Shown here piece after piece: positions 18,178 through 26,955 of a DNA stretch of 32,000 bases (positions are counted from its first letter, which is position 1; each line of letters begins with the position of its first letter). Location: the NCBI RefSeq assembly GCF_000007185.1, contig NC_003551.1, forward strand, positions 960,001-992,000, in the 5' to 3' direction. A program made the translations under genes and the position numbers. Source of the stretch: Methanopyrus kandleri AV19 (GTDB lineage Archaea > JAADCQ01 > Methanopyri > Methanopyrales > Methanopyraceae). Under the pieces are notes generated by a model. It did no database searches. It saw nothing but the letters and a program-made list of their open reading frames with translations, and was not told the origin of the DNA.

Positions 18178-19302
18178 TTGCTAGGACTGGCCGGCCTGCA
18201 AGATTACACCCTTCTCGCCGTCGGGATCATCGCGCTGGTCACGGTGCTCTCGATAATCTTGTCCATACCGATCACCGACGTCGTTTGGCGGTACGCCCCC
18301 TACGCTTACCCGCTCCCCAGGGCCAAGGCCGTCGAGGCGGAGACGCTATCCGACGAGGATTACGAGGAACTCAAGGACGCCCCGGTGCGGGACCTGGTCA
18401 CCAGGCTCGAGGAGCTCGGAGTCGAGCCTGAAGCAGCCCGGGCGGTACTCGACGGGAACACGGCTCCACTCGAGATAGAGCTCAAGCGCCGTGCCGTCGA
18501 GTCCGTGATGGAGAGAATCGTCGAGACCAGCCCGGAGGACGTTTCCGAGCTGGCGCGGGCCCTGATAGCCAAGTACGAGCTAGAAGACATCAAGGCGGTA
18601 CTGCGTGCGCGCCATGCGGGTGAGGAACCAAAACACCTCGTGGACGCGCCCGTACTGCTCGGAGCGGAAACCTGGCGAGAGCTAAAGGAAGCGCGCTCAG
18701 TCCCGGAGGTCGTAGACTACCTACGCGGAACTCCGTACGATCGCGGATTAGAGGAGGCCCTGCGTGAGTACGAGGAGACGGGCTCTCTACTACCGCTGGA
18801 GTTGGCCCTTGATAGGGCTTATTACGAGCACCTGTGGGATCTGGTGGTAAGCGAGAAGGTTGACGAGGAACTGGCCAGGCTGGTCGGCCTTGAGATCGAC
18901 CTATACAACGTGGAGGTCGCGCTTCGAGGTGCGATCCTGAACCTGGACCCGGAACGTGTGCTCGAGGCTATGGCGGAAGGCGGCTGGGAGCTGGCCGAGT
19001 GGAGGAAGCGGGAGCTGGCGGAAGCCGAAGATCCCCTAGAGGTCGTCGAGAGACTCTCAGGGACTTCCCTCGGGCCGTACTTGGAGGAAGCCGCCGAGGA
19101 GTACTCGGAAGGGCGTGGAGTTCAGGTCTTCGACGAAGCCCTCCGTAAAGCCCGCTACGAGCTGGCCCGAGAGATCGCGGGGTCCGATCTCATCGGAGCA
19201 CCGGCCGTGGTGCACGCGGTGTACGAGAAGCAGCGTGAGGTCGATAACGTGATCTCCCTAGTCAACGCCAAGGTGGCGGACGTCGAGACCATGTTAGTGT
19301 AG
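18178..19302 (+). CDS. atpC: A-type ATP synthase subunit C (V-type d homologue, rotor socket)
   Basis: 374 aa all-helical protein between atpE and atpF. Has the conserved YAY...R.KA motif near the N-terminus and a repeated helical-domain pattern. TTG start 3 nt after atpE. Alternative in-frame starts lie about 20-27 codons downstream (see findings). Confidence 0.85.
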   Translation: MLGLAGLQDYTLLAVGIIALVTVLSIILSIPITDVVWRYAPYAYPLPRAKAVEAETLSDEDYEELKDAPVRDLVTRLEELGVEPEAARAVLDGNTAPLEIELKRRAVESVMERIVETSPEDVSELARALIAKYELEDIKAVLRARHAGEEPKHLVDAPVLLGAETWRELKEARSVPEVVDYLRGTPYDRGLEEALREYEETGSLLPLELALDRAYYEHLWDLVVSEKVDEELARLVGLEIDLYNVEVALRGAILNLDPERVLEAMAEGGWELAEWRKRELAEAEDPLEVVERLSGTSLGPYLEEAAEEYSEGRGVQVFDEALRKARYELAREIAGSDLIGAPAVVHAVYEKQREVDNVISLVNAKVADVETMLV

Positions 19303-19314
19303 GGGGAGCCACCC

Positions 19315-19653
19315 GTGTACGTAGTAGCCGCCGTGGTGAACGGGTCCGTCGCCTCGGGGTTCAGGCTCGTCGGCGTGCGAACGATCGACGCGGACCGTGA
19401 GGATCCTAAGGAGGCCGTGAAGAAGCTCGCTTCGGATCCGGAGGTTGGGGTGATCATTCTCACCGAAGATGTGGCCGAAAAGGTGAAGGAAGAGGTAGAG
19501 GAGATCCAGCGGGAGAAGGTCTCTCGAGGTGAAGCTACTCCTATTTTCGTGACCGTTCCCGGACCGGAAGGCCCAACCGAGGAGTTCGAGATCGAGGAGA
19601 TAGTTAAAAAGGCGGTAGGAGTGGAGATCGACCTCGAACGCATCGAGCGTTAG
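19315..19653 (+). CDS. atpF: A-type ATP synthase subunit F
   Basis: 112 aa. [19 protein letters not shown]...[14 protein letters not shown] is typical of subunit F, and it sits immediately upstream of atpA. Confidence 0.85.
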   Translation: MYVVAAVVNGSVASGFRLVGVRTIDADREDPKEAVKKLASDPEVGVIILTEDVAEKVKEEVEEIQREKVSRGEATPIFVTVPGPEGPTEEFEIEEIVKKAVGVEIDLERIER

Positions 19654-19664
19654 GGGGATCTTCC

Positions 19665-21443
19665 GTGTCCAACAGCGTGAAAGGCGAGATAGTGAAGATC
19701 GCGGGACCCGTCGTGGAGGCGGTGGGTTGTGAGGGCGCGAAGATGTACGAGGTGTTCCGGGTCGGCGACGAGGGTCTAATCGGTGAGGTCATCAACATCG
19801 AGAGCGACCGGGCTACTATACAGGTCTACGAAGAAACTACCGGTCTGCAGCCCGGTGAGCCCGTCAAGGGTACCGGAGAGCTCCTATCCGTGGAGTTAGG
19901 TCCCGGACTGCTTACTCAGATCTTCGACGGAATCCAGCGCCCGCTGCCCGAGATCCGTAAGGAAGTCGGTGACTTCGTCGAGCGTGGTATCCTCGTGTCG
20001 GCCCTGGACCGGAAGAAGAAGTGGGAGTTCACTCCCAAGGTCAAGGAGGGCGAGAAGGTCGAAGAGGGCGACGTCCTCGGAACCGTGCCGGAGACGGAGT
20101 TCATCGAGCACAAGATCATGGTTCCGCCCGGTGTGTCCGGTGAGGTAATCGAGATCGCGGCCGACGGAGAGTACACCGTGGAGGACACCATCGCCGTCAT
20201 CGAGGACGAAGAGGGCGAGGAGCACGAGGTCACCATGATGCAGGAGTGGCCCGTGCGGAAGCCGCGACCTTACAAGCGCAAGCTCGACCCGGAGGAGCCC
20301 CTGATCACGGGTCAGCGTGTCATTGACACGTTCTTCCCCGTGGCCAAGGGTGGAACCGCCGCTATTCCGGGGCCGTTCGGGAGCGGTAAGACGGTTACCC
20401 AGCAGCAGCTGGCGAAGTGGGCGGACGCCCAGGTAGTGGTGTACATCGGATGCGGAGAGCGTGGTAACGAGATGACCGAGGTGCTCGAGGACTTCCCGGA
20501 ACTCGAGGACCCACGGACGGGTAGGCCCCTGATGGAGCGTACGATCCTGGTAGCGAACACGTCCAACATGCCGGTGGCGGCCCGTGAAGCCTGTATCTAC
20601 ACCGGTATCACGATGGCGGAGTACTACCGGGACATGGGCTACGACGTGGCGCTCATGGCCGACTCCACGTCGCGGTGGGCCGAGGCGCTGCGTGAGATCT
20701 CAGGTCGACTGGAGGAGATGCCGGGTGAGGAGGGTTACCCGGCGTACCTGGCCTCCAGACTCGCCGAGTTCTACGAGCGTGCGGGTCGCGTCGTCTGTCT
20801 GGGTTCCGACGACCGAGTAGGTTCGGTCACCGTGGTGGGTGCGGTGTCCCCACCGGGTGGTGACTTCTCAGAGCCCGTAACGCAGAACACACTACGTATC
20901 GTGAAGGTCTTCTGGGCGCTCGACTCCAAGCTGGCGGACCGTCGGCACTTCCCTGCGATCAACTGGTTGCAGTCGTACTCGCTGTACCTGGACGACGTCG
21001 AGAAGTGGTGGCACGAGGAGATCGGTGGTGACTGGAGGGAGCTACGCGACGAGGCTATGGAGATACTCCAGCGCGAGTCGGAGCTGGAGGAGATCGTGCA
21101 GCTGGTGGGACCGGACGCGCTGCCGGAGAGCGAGCGTCTGATCCTAGAGGTCGCGAGAATGATCCGTGAGGACTTCCTGCAACAGAACGCGTTCCACGAG
21201 GTCGACACGTACTGCCCGCCCGAGAAGCAGTACGAGATGCTCAAGACCATCCTGCACTTCAAGGAGAGGGCCGAGGAGGCCGTGGACAAGGGAGTGCCGG
21301 TGGACGAGATCCTCAAGCTCGACGTCATCGACGACATCGCCAGGATGAAGGTGATACCCAACGAGGAAGCGAAGGAGAAGATACAGGAGATCCGGAAGAA
21401 GATCGACGAGCAGTTCGAGGAGCTCATAGAGGAGGCCTCGTAA
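19665..21443 (+). CDS. atpA: A-type ATP synthase catalytic subunit A
   Basis: 592 aa. Walker [19 protein letters not shown], the A-subunit-specific non-homologous region, and [32 protein letters not shown]. Confidence 0.97.
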   Translation: MSNSVKGEIVKIAGPVVEAVGCEGAKMYEVFRVGDEGLIGEVINIESDRATIQVYEETTGLQPGEPVKGTGELLSVELGPGLLTQIFDGIQRPLPEIRKEVGDFVERGILVSALDRKKKWEFTPKVKEGEKVEEGDVLGTVPETEFIEHKIMVPPGVSGEVIEIAADGEYTVEDTIAVIEDEEGEEHEVTMMQEWPVRKPRPYKRKLDPEEPLITGQRVIDTFFPVAKGGTAAIPGPFGSGKTVTQQQLAKWADAQVVVYIGCGERGNEMTEVLEDFPELEDPRTGRPLMERTILVANTSNMPVAAREACIYTGITMAEYYRDMGYDVALMADSTSRWAEALREISGRLEEMPGEEGYPAYLASRLAEFYERAGRVVCLGSDDRVGSVTVVGAVSPPGGDFSEPVTQNTLRIVKVFWALDSKLADRRHFPAINWLQSYSLYLDDVEKWWHEEIGGDWRELRDEAMEILQRESELEEIVQLVGPDALPESERLILEVARMIREDFLQQNAFHEVDTYCPPEKQYEMLKTILHFKERAEEAVDKGVPVDEILKLDVIDDIARMKVIPNEEAKEKIQEIRKKIDEQFEELIEEAS

Positions 21444-21483
21444 ATCCCCCTTCTCTCCCTCGGATCGTTACGGGGGTCGTAAC

Positions 21484-22095
21484 GTGAGAGAGTTCCTCGT
21501 ACTGTTCAACCACGCCCCTACGTCACCCGACCGCGTGCGGCTCAAGGACCTTCCCGGCTCCGGACGCTTCGATCTGGTGTGTCGCGTTACGACCCAAGCT
21601 CTACTGTACTCCCACGGGGTTCGAACGGACACGGTGGTACATCTCCTACTGCGCGGTCCCGACGATCCCCCGAAAACCATCACCGTGACGGGTCGCCGTG
21701 TGCGCCGTTTGTACCCGGACGAGCGTACCACCGCGATCCATCTTCGACGCGCCCTCGAGGCAGACCCGGACACCGAACCCCATCCCGGGATCTTCGTCCG
21801 TCGCGCGGACCTCGAGGATCTGCTCGGTGAGATGAAAGGTGCCAAGCTCTACTACCTGAGTGAGGACGGTCGGGATTTAGAGGAAGTGGAACCGGAGCCC
21901 GATGCCGTGTTCGTCCTCGGAGATCACGAGGGTCCTACGCCGGAGCAGGATCGTCTGTTGAGACGGCATGCCGACGCCGTGATATCGCTCGGGCCGATCC
22001 CCTATCACGCCGATCAATGCATCGTGATCTTGCACCGGTACCTGGACGTGAAACGGCCGCCTGAATACGCTCACGGCCCCTCGAACGTTATGTAA
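21484..22095 (+). CDS. trmY: tRNA (pseudouridine54-N1)-methyltransferase TrmY (SPOUT, DUF358/COG1901)
   Basis: 203 aa. The N-terminus MREFLVLFNHAPTSPDRVRLKDLPGSGRFDLVCRV closely parallels the M. jannaschii TrmY N-terminus as I remember it. The C-terminal ISLGPIPYHADQCIVILH matches the SPOUT knot region. Confidence 0.75.
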   Translation: MREFLVLFNHAPTSPDRVRLKDLPGSGRFDLVCRVTTQALLYSHGVRTDTVVHLLLRGPDDPPKTITVTGRRVRRLYPDERTTAIHLRRALEADPDTEPHPGIFVRRADLEDLLGEMKGAKLYYLSEDGRDLEEVEPEPDAVFVLGDHEGPTPEQDRLLRRHADAVISLGPIPYHADQCIVILHRYLDVKRPPEYAHGPSNVM

Positions 22096-22189
22096 TCCGT
22101 GACGTACTCCCGTGCGCTTTCGCAAAACTCTGTCGGGGAAATTGCTAACAATCGGTGATCGGCACGGTAGTTTAGATACGGGGGCACCG

Positions 22190-22636
22190 ATGCGACACCT
22201 CTACCTTACGGTTCTCCCCGATCGCACCCTCTTCGCGGCTCTAGACGAAGAGTTCTTACCGGAACGTGCCTATCTCAGCCACCGCGGTGACAAGTTCAAG
22301 TTCTCTACGGAAGAGACCGAACTCAGCCGCGAGATCGAAGACGAGACCCTGTTGGAGGCCCGTAAGACGTTGGAGCGGAACGTGGGGGAGGTCTTGGGGG
22401 AGAAACCTAGACTACTGCGCGTTGAAGAGAGGGAAGACCTACCCAAGGGACGCGCGGTGGAGGTGTACGGTCGGGGAGGGACCAAGGAGATCTTCGTTGG
22501 AAAGGTGGAGCTAGGAGAGGAGGTTCTACTGGCCTCGCGCGGTACGGGCTCCGAGGAGGCCAAAGAGGTCACGGAAGTCGCGGAACGTGTGCTCAGCGGC
22601 CTGCTCGGTCGCGTTATCGACCTTTACTACTCCTGA
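22190..22636 (+). CDS. Hypothetical protein
   Basis: ATG 22190 (MRHLYLTVLPD...) gives 148 aa. The ORF track starts it at GTG 22112. Acidic protein with good G/C third-position bias. No family recognised. Confidence 0.45.
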   Translation: MRHLYLTVLPDRTLFAALDEEFLPERAYLSHRGDKFKFSTEETELSREIEDETLLEARKTLERNVGEVLGEKPRLLRVEEREDLPKGRAVEVYGRGGTKEIFVGKVELGEEVLLASRGTGSEEAKEVTEVAERVLSGLLGRVIDLYYS

Positions 22637-22932
22637 ATCTTCCGTTCCACCGACCGCACCTTACCCTCCGCGGTCAGCTCCTTGTCCCTGCGCTCGTCTA
22701 TCTTGACTACGAACACGGCACGGTCCACGACGCGTAACGCGGCCTCCCTAGCGACGCGGAGCGCCTCCAAAGCGTCCTCGAAGGTTTCCACCTCCACCAC
22801 GGTACCCATCGGGCCTACCTGCGGCTCGAACCCGGCTTCCTTCAGGGCTTTCACTACCTCGACTATCTCATCACTGACGCTCGGTGATCCGGTTCCGATC
22901 GGGTAGAACGAAATCTCCATCACGACCGCCAC
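22627..22932 (-). CDS. UPF0045 / MTH1187-YkoF-like protein (DUF77)
   Basis: 101 aa. EISFYPIGTGSPSVSDEIVEVVKALKEAG...GPMGTVVE...KIDERRD matches the MTH1187 family pattern. Start is GTG 22932, or ATG 22920 sharing 1 nt with the upstream stop (TGATG). Confidence 0.75.
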   Translation of the reverse strand: MAVVMEISFYPIGTGSPSVSDEIVEVVKALKEAGFEPQVGPMGTVVEVETFEDALEALRVAREAALRVVDRAVFVVKIDERRDKELTAEGKVRSVERKIQE

Positions 22933-23942
22933 GGGTTCCGCCCCCTCGGCATCAGAATCAACGGGAGCACGGATAAAGGATTGAAGTTACCACGCGGTCC
23001 GGTGATCTCGACGATCACGTCGTCGTAGTCCACTACCCCGTCCCAACCATCCTCGAACCCGAACCTCAGGTACCATACACCGTGCTCGCACTTGGTCGAC
23101 CCGCGACACGCGTCTACCCTCCGTCCGACGACCTCCGTCGTCCACGCTATTATGGCGCCGTCGAGGAATGCCCGGAGTTCCGGCGACTCTTCGGCCAACT
23201 TCCTGAGCACCTCGGCCGTCTCCGCGTCCGAGCATAGGACAGTGTCTTCACCTTTCAGCGCGATGCCGAGACGTTCCGGGTGCACGTCCAGTGTTCCGAT
23301 AATCGGTGAAGCTTCACCATCCGGGGTTATTCGTATCACTGAGCCCGTGGACCGGTCCAGCAACAAAACGTCGTACTCCTCCGGAGATTCGCGCTTGATC
23401 GAGATCTTCAACTCCCCTACCGAGACCACGACCGCCTCAAGGGTCACCTCTATGACGGCATCGTTGTAGTCGGCGTCGGTCCCATCCTCGAACGCGAACT
23501 CGAACCCGTCCGGTGTCCTCCTGACGATACAGCAAGGCCTACCCTGTACCTCCGTCGTCACGATCACCGGACCGTTGAGGATCGTTCGCAGTTCCGGACG
23601 ATCCAACAGCCTCCGGAACGTCGCCGCGGTCGTGGGGTCCGAGCACAGTGCTACTCCCGGCCATTCACCGGGCTTGAACGGGATCACGACGGCACCCAGT
23701 GCGTCCGGATGCACCTCGCCCGGTATCAACGGCTCAGGCTTCCGCAGTGTACGCTCAAGGACCCACGGTCGCGGTCCGGGCGACGCGTCGGTGCCCAGGT
23801 ACCAGAGCGCTCCACTGGCGTTGTCCACCAGGAATAGATGATGTGTGTAACCGCTTTCACGCGATATCCATACCGCTCCGAGCTTCATCCCCGAGCATCC
23901 AACCGGTGATATCAACAACGCTAGCAAAAACACCGTTAGCAT
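22920..23942 (-). CDS. Predicted secreted or lipid-anchored protein with an internally duplicated ~90-aa domain (DUF4114-like FEDG..DYND motif)
   Basis: 340 aa. N-terminal signal peptide with a lipobox-like LLISPVGC. Two homologous modules, aa 77-167 and aa 220-314 (see findings). Short hydrophobic and basic C-terminus LSVLPLILMPRGR. Confidence 0.6.
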   Translation of the reverse strand: MLTVFLLALLISPVGCSGMKLGAVWISRESGYTHHLFLVDNASGALWYLGTDASPGPRPWVLERTLRKPEPLIPGEVHPDALGAVVIPFKPGEWPGVALCSDPTTAATFRRLLDRPELRTILNGPVIVTTEVQGRPCCIVRRTPDGFEFAFEDGTDADYNDAVIEVTLEAVVVSVGELKISIKRESPEEYDVLLLDRSTGSVIRITPDGEASPIIGTLDVHPERLGIALKGEDTVLCSDAETAEVLRKLAEESPELRAFLDGAIIAWTTEVVGRRVDACRGSTKCEHGVWYLRFGFEDGWDGVVDYDDVIVEITGPRGNFNPLSVLPLILMPRGRNPWRS

Positions 23943-23975
23943 CGCCGCTCCCCCGATCCGTGGGGGGTAACCTAC

Positions 23976-24734
23976 GTGACCGTTCTGGTTTCGACTCTTG
24001 CACTGGGCGATTGGTGGGCAGATCCGGAGCGCGTGAACGAGCTACCCGAGCTGACGGGAAGCGACGGTGTTGAGCTGATCCTCGAAGGGTCGTTTCAACC
24101 GGGGCGGCTCGATCCGAACGAACTCAACGTTGAGGTCTCCTCGGTACACGCTCCCTTCGCCGACTTAAACCCAGCGAGTCCGAGCGATCATCACCATGAG
24201 TACATCCTGGAGGTCATCCAACGGGCCGCTGAGCTCGCCGCGGAGCTGGATGCTCACTACCTCACGGTTCACCCCGGGCACTTGACACCGGTGACGATCC
24301 ACGACCGAGAACTGGCCATCGAGCTCGCCATCGAGACCTTGGGAGAGCTCGCCGACGAGGTCCGCTCGTTCGGTGTCGAGCCGCTCGTTGAGAACATGCC
24401 GGATCACTCGCTACTGCTGGGCACCAGTGCGGACGAGATGGAGGAGATACTCCGGGCGTCGGGGTGTGGGTTCACGCTGGACGTCGGTCACGCTCTGACC
24501 GCGGAGGGTAGTCTCCGTCCGTACCTGCGGTTGCGGCCCGATCTCCTCCATGTTCACGACAACTCGGGCGACGGCGACGAGCACCTACCACCCGGGAGCG
24601 GAATCTTAGATTTCGAGGAGTTGCGAAGGGCACTGCACCACCGGGTGCTGCCCGTGGTGGAAGTCCGGGGGATCGAGAAGGCACGTGAGGCTGTGAGGAC
24701 GGTCCGCGAGATCATGGAACGTCCTGAGAACTGA
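23976..24734 (+). CDS. Sugar phosphate isomerase/epimerase family protein (xylose isomerase-like TIM barrel)
   Basis: 252 aa with family landmarks: SVHAPF, YLTVHPGH, PLVENMP, FTLDVGHA and LLHVHDN. Confidence 0.8.
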   Translation: MTVLVSTLALGDWWADPERVNELPELTGSDGVELILEGSFQPGRLDPNELNVEVSSVHAPFADLNPASPSDHHHEYILEVIQRAAELAAELDAHYLTVHPGHLTPVTIHDRELAIELAIETLGELADEVRSFGVEPLVENMPDHSLLLGTSADEMEEILRASGCGFTLDVGHALTAEGSLRPYLRLRPDLLHVHDNSGDGDEHLPPGSGILDFEELRRALHHRVLPVVEVRGIEKAREAVRTVREIMERPEN

Positions 24735-24768
24735 AACGATACGTGTGGGCGGTGGGGGAACCGCCCCA

Positions 24769-24969
24769 CTAGATTTCAACAATTCTGCCTATGGCGTACG
24801 TGTCACGTACTGACACTATTTTCACTAGCACCTTGTCACCCTTCTCCGCTTCTGGTACGAATATTACGAACCCATTGACCCTCGCGACACCGTCACCTCG
24901 CTTCCCTGTGTCCTCGATCTTTACCTCGTAGACGTCCCCAACATCCACGGGCTTGTCCTTCCCTTCCAA
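24769..24969 (-). CDS. TRAM domain protein (small OB-fold RNA-binding protein)
   Basis: 66 aa. GDVYEVKIEDTGKRGDGVARVNGFVIFVPEAEKGDKVLVKIVSV is a canonical stand-alone archaeal TRAM domain. TTG start 7 nt after a GGAGGTG SD. Confidence 0.8.
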   Translation of the reverse strand: MEGKDKPVDVGDVYEVKIEDTGKRGDGVARVNGFVIFVPEAEKGDKVLVKIVSVRDTYAIGRIVEI

Positions 24970-25017
24970 ACCTTCACACCTCCTTCACCGAGAACGCGGA
25001 TTTCCGGGAATTCACAT

Positions 25018-25030
25018 TACTTATAGTTTT
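25018..25030 (-). promoter_or_regulatory. Candidate TATA box (AAAACTATAAGTA on the minus strand) for the TRAM gene
   Basis: An AT-rich element about 50-60 nt upstream of the TRAM start in an otherwise GC-rich gap. The SD GGAGGTG lies at 24978-24984 (minus strand). Confidence 0.4.
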
Positions 25031-25169
25031 CCCCCAGCGTGTCTCCCGACGGTTCAGATGCGGACACGGGACGTAGTCCGTTGGCGCTCGCCGCCTGCTA
25101 CTCGGTAGCGATGGATGATAGTACGAAGACCGGCCGAGTCGATATGCTGGCCGTCGCTCGGGTGAACGG

Positions 25170-25793
25170 TCAGTCGGCTTTCCGGGCCAGACCGTCCAAC
25201 GCTATCGCTTCACCGTCAATCAGAAGGAGGGGGTTCACGTCGAGTTCGGACCATCCTTCCTCCTTGTACACCCCGTGGGCTGCGTTGACGACTTCGGCGA
25301 GGCGGTTAGGGCCTATCTCGGAGAGTAATCGTTCACCTCCGGGCACTCTACGGAGGCCCCTCTCGACGTCCTCTCCGTCAACCGGGGGTCGCCGCACGAT
25401 GTAGGCCCGAAGTTCTTCGACGAGCTTCCCGCCGAGACCGAGCAGTACGACGGTACCGAAAGTGTCGTCTTCCTTTATCCCTAAAAAGGCCTCTATGCCT
25501 TTGACCACGTCCAAATGTTCCTGAACGATGACACCGACTGCGTCGGGCCAGCGCTCCAACAGCTCGGCCACGCGTCGTTCGAGCCGCTCCTTGGACGGTA
25601 CGGCCGTGTATATGGCACCGACACGGGCCCGATGCGCGACTCCCGAATGGAGGAGCTTGACGGTGTAAGGGGGATCGAACGGTACGTCGGAGGCCTCCTC
25701 GGGGCGCTCGAGGACGGTGAAGCGTGGCGTTTTGAGACCGCCCTCACGAAGCGCGGTAAGCACATCGTGCTCCAGAACGATCTCAGAGCTCAC
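25170..25793 (-). CDS. ATP-grasp protein resembling the beta subunit/domain of ADP-forming acetyl-CoA synthetase (ACD, NDP-forming acyl-CoA synthetase family)
   Basis: 207 aa. It can be aligned by eye to Pyrococcus ACD beta as I remember it: LGIKEDDTFGTVVLLGLGGKLVEEL against [24 protein letters not shown], and ELDVNPLLLIDGEAIALD against ELDINPIFAYEDSAIAVD. Its GTG start overlaps the upstream stop (GTGA). Confidence 0.65.
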   Translation of the reverse strand: MSSEIVLEHDVLTALREGGLKTPRFTVLERPEEASDVPFDPPYTVKLLHSGVAHRARVGAIYTAVPSKERLERRVAELLERWPDAVGVIVQEHLDVVKGIEAFLGIKEDDTFGTVVLLGLGGKLVEELRAYIVRRPPVDGEDVERGLRRVPGGERLLSEIGPNRLAEVVNAAHGVYKEEGWSELDVNPLLLIDGEAIALDGLARKAD

Positions 25794-26929
25794 GACTTGA
25801 TCAACTCCCCCATAACCTCGTTGAAGGCCTCACAGAACCGCTCTATGTCCTCCCGTGGGGCCGAAAACGCCACTCGGATGAACCCCTTACCGCGGCGTGG
25901 GCTGGTATAGTAGCCCGTCCTCACGAAGATACCGTGCTCGGAGTACAGTTTACCCACGACGGTTTTCGAGTCGATATACCCGTACTCGGAGAAGTCGATC
26001 ACGAGACAGTTGGCGTGCGAGGGGTACACCGGTATCTTCACTCCGTCTCCCTCACACTCGCGCTTGATCAGACGCTGGTTCCGCGTGACCTCCCTGAGCA
26101 GTCTCGGGATCCATCGATCGCGAACCTTCAAGGCGGTGATGGCGGCCTCCTGAGCTATCAGGTTTATCCCTAACTTGCTCACCTTGTACTTGGATACCTG
26201 CTCCAGCAGTTTCCGCTCTCCGATCACGGCTCCGATCCGAAGGCCGGCGAGTCCGTACGTCTTGGAGAAACTGTACAGGTCGACGCAGCGTTCCGGGTCC
26301 ATCTCGCAGGCTACTGGTTGCTCCGGAGCGAAGTCCCTGTACGTGCAGTCGTGTACCAGGAATGCGTCCGCATCTTGGGCGAGCTCCACGAGACCCCGGA
26401 GCTCCCGCTCGGACATGGAGCTGCCGAGCGGGTTGGAAGGGTTTATTACGAAAATGAGATCGAGCTCCCGGAGGTTACCATCGAACTCCTCCATCACGGC
26501 GTCTACCGTCATCTGATAGTCGAACTCCTCGGAGTATATGTCGACCTCTTGGACGTGAACTCCCTCCGCCATCATCATACCGTCGATCGTCTTGTACCCT
26601 GGATCCGGAGTCACGGCCACACCGTTGCTGGCGAACGCCCTGATGACGGCGTGGACGCCCTCGATGGCGCCGTTGGTGATCACGGCGTCGAAATCGTCGT
26701 CGAGTTCGAAGTACTCCAGGAGTCCCTCTCGAAGTCGCCGGTCGCCCTGCGGGTGTGCGTACACGTTGTACGGTGCCTCCAGTGCGGCGCGCACGACCGC
26801 TCTACGGACCTCCTCGGGGGGTCCCAGTCGATTGGTGTTCTGGCCGAGCTCTATCACCTCGCCGGAATGTATCTTCCGGAATAGTTCGTCCGGTGAATCG
26901 GGAATCCAGTCGGCTGACACCGGCCCCAC
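25790..26929 (-). CDS. Class I/II PLP-dependent aminotransferase
   Basis: 379 aa. INPSNPLG, VHDCTYRDF, the PLP-lysine motif YSFSKTYGLAGLRIG, and C-terminal IRVAFS. Confidence 0.85.
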   Translation of the reverse strand: MGPVSADWIPDSPDELFRKIHSGEVIELGQNTNRLGPPEEVRRAVVRAALEAPYNVYAHPQGDRRLREGLLEYFELDDDFDAVITNGAIEGVHAVIRAFASNGVAVTPDPGYKTIDGMMMAEGVHVQEVDIYSEEFDYQMTVDAVMEEFDGNLRELDLIFVINPSNPLGSSMSERELRGLVELAQDADAFLVHDCTYRDFAPEQPVACEMDPERCVDLYSFSKTYGLAGLRIGAVIGERKLLEQVSKYKVSKLGINLIAQEAAITALKVRDRWIPRLLREVTRNQRLIKRECEGDGVKIPVYPSHANCLVIDFSEYGYIDSKTVVGKLYSEHGIFVRTGYYTSPRRGKGFIRVAFSAPREDIERFCEAFNEVMGELIKS

Positions 26930-26955
26930 CCCGAGGACTTTAGACCGCCAGACTT

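Noticed and set aside
24970-25169. A 200-nt gap between the TRAM gene and the ATP-grasp gene, scanned for a tRNA or C/D sRNA. The ORF track also has a 121-aa plus-strand ORF at 25039-25404.
   Set aside because: No T-loop (GGTTCGAATC-like) or acceptor-stem pairing, and no C/D box pair. The plus-strand ORF is mostly antisense to the ATP-grasp gene and is Ser/Arg/Pro-rich. The gap is best explained as the TRAM promoter and 5' UTR plus the 3' UTR of the upstream gene.
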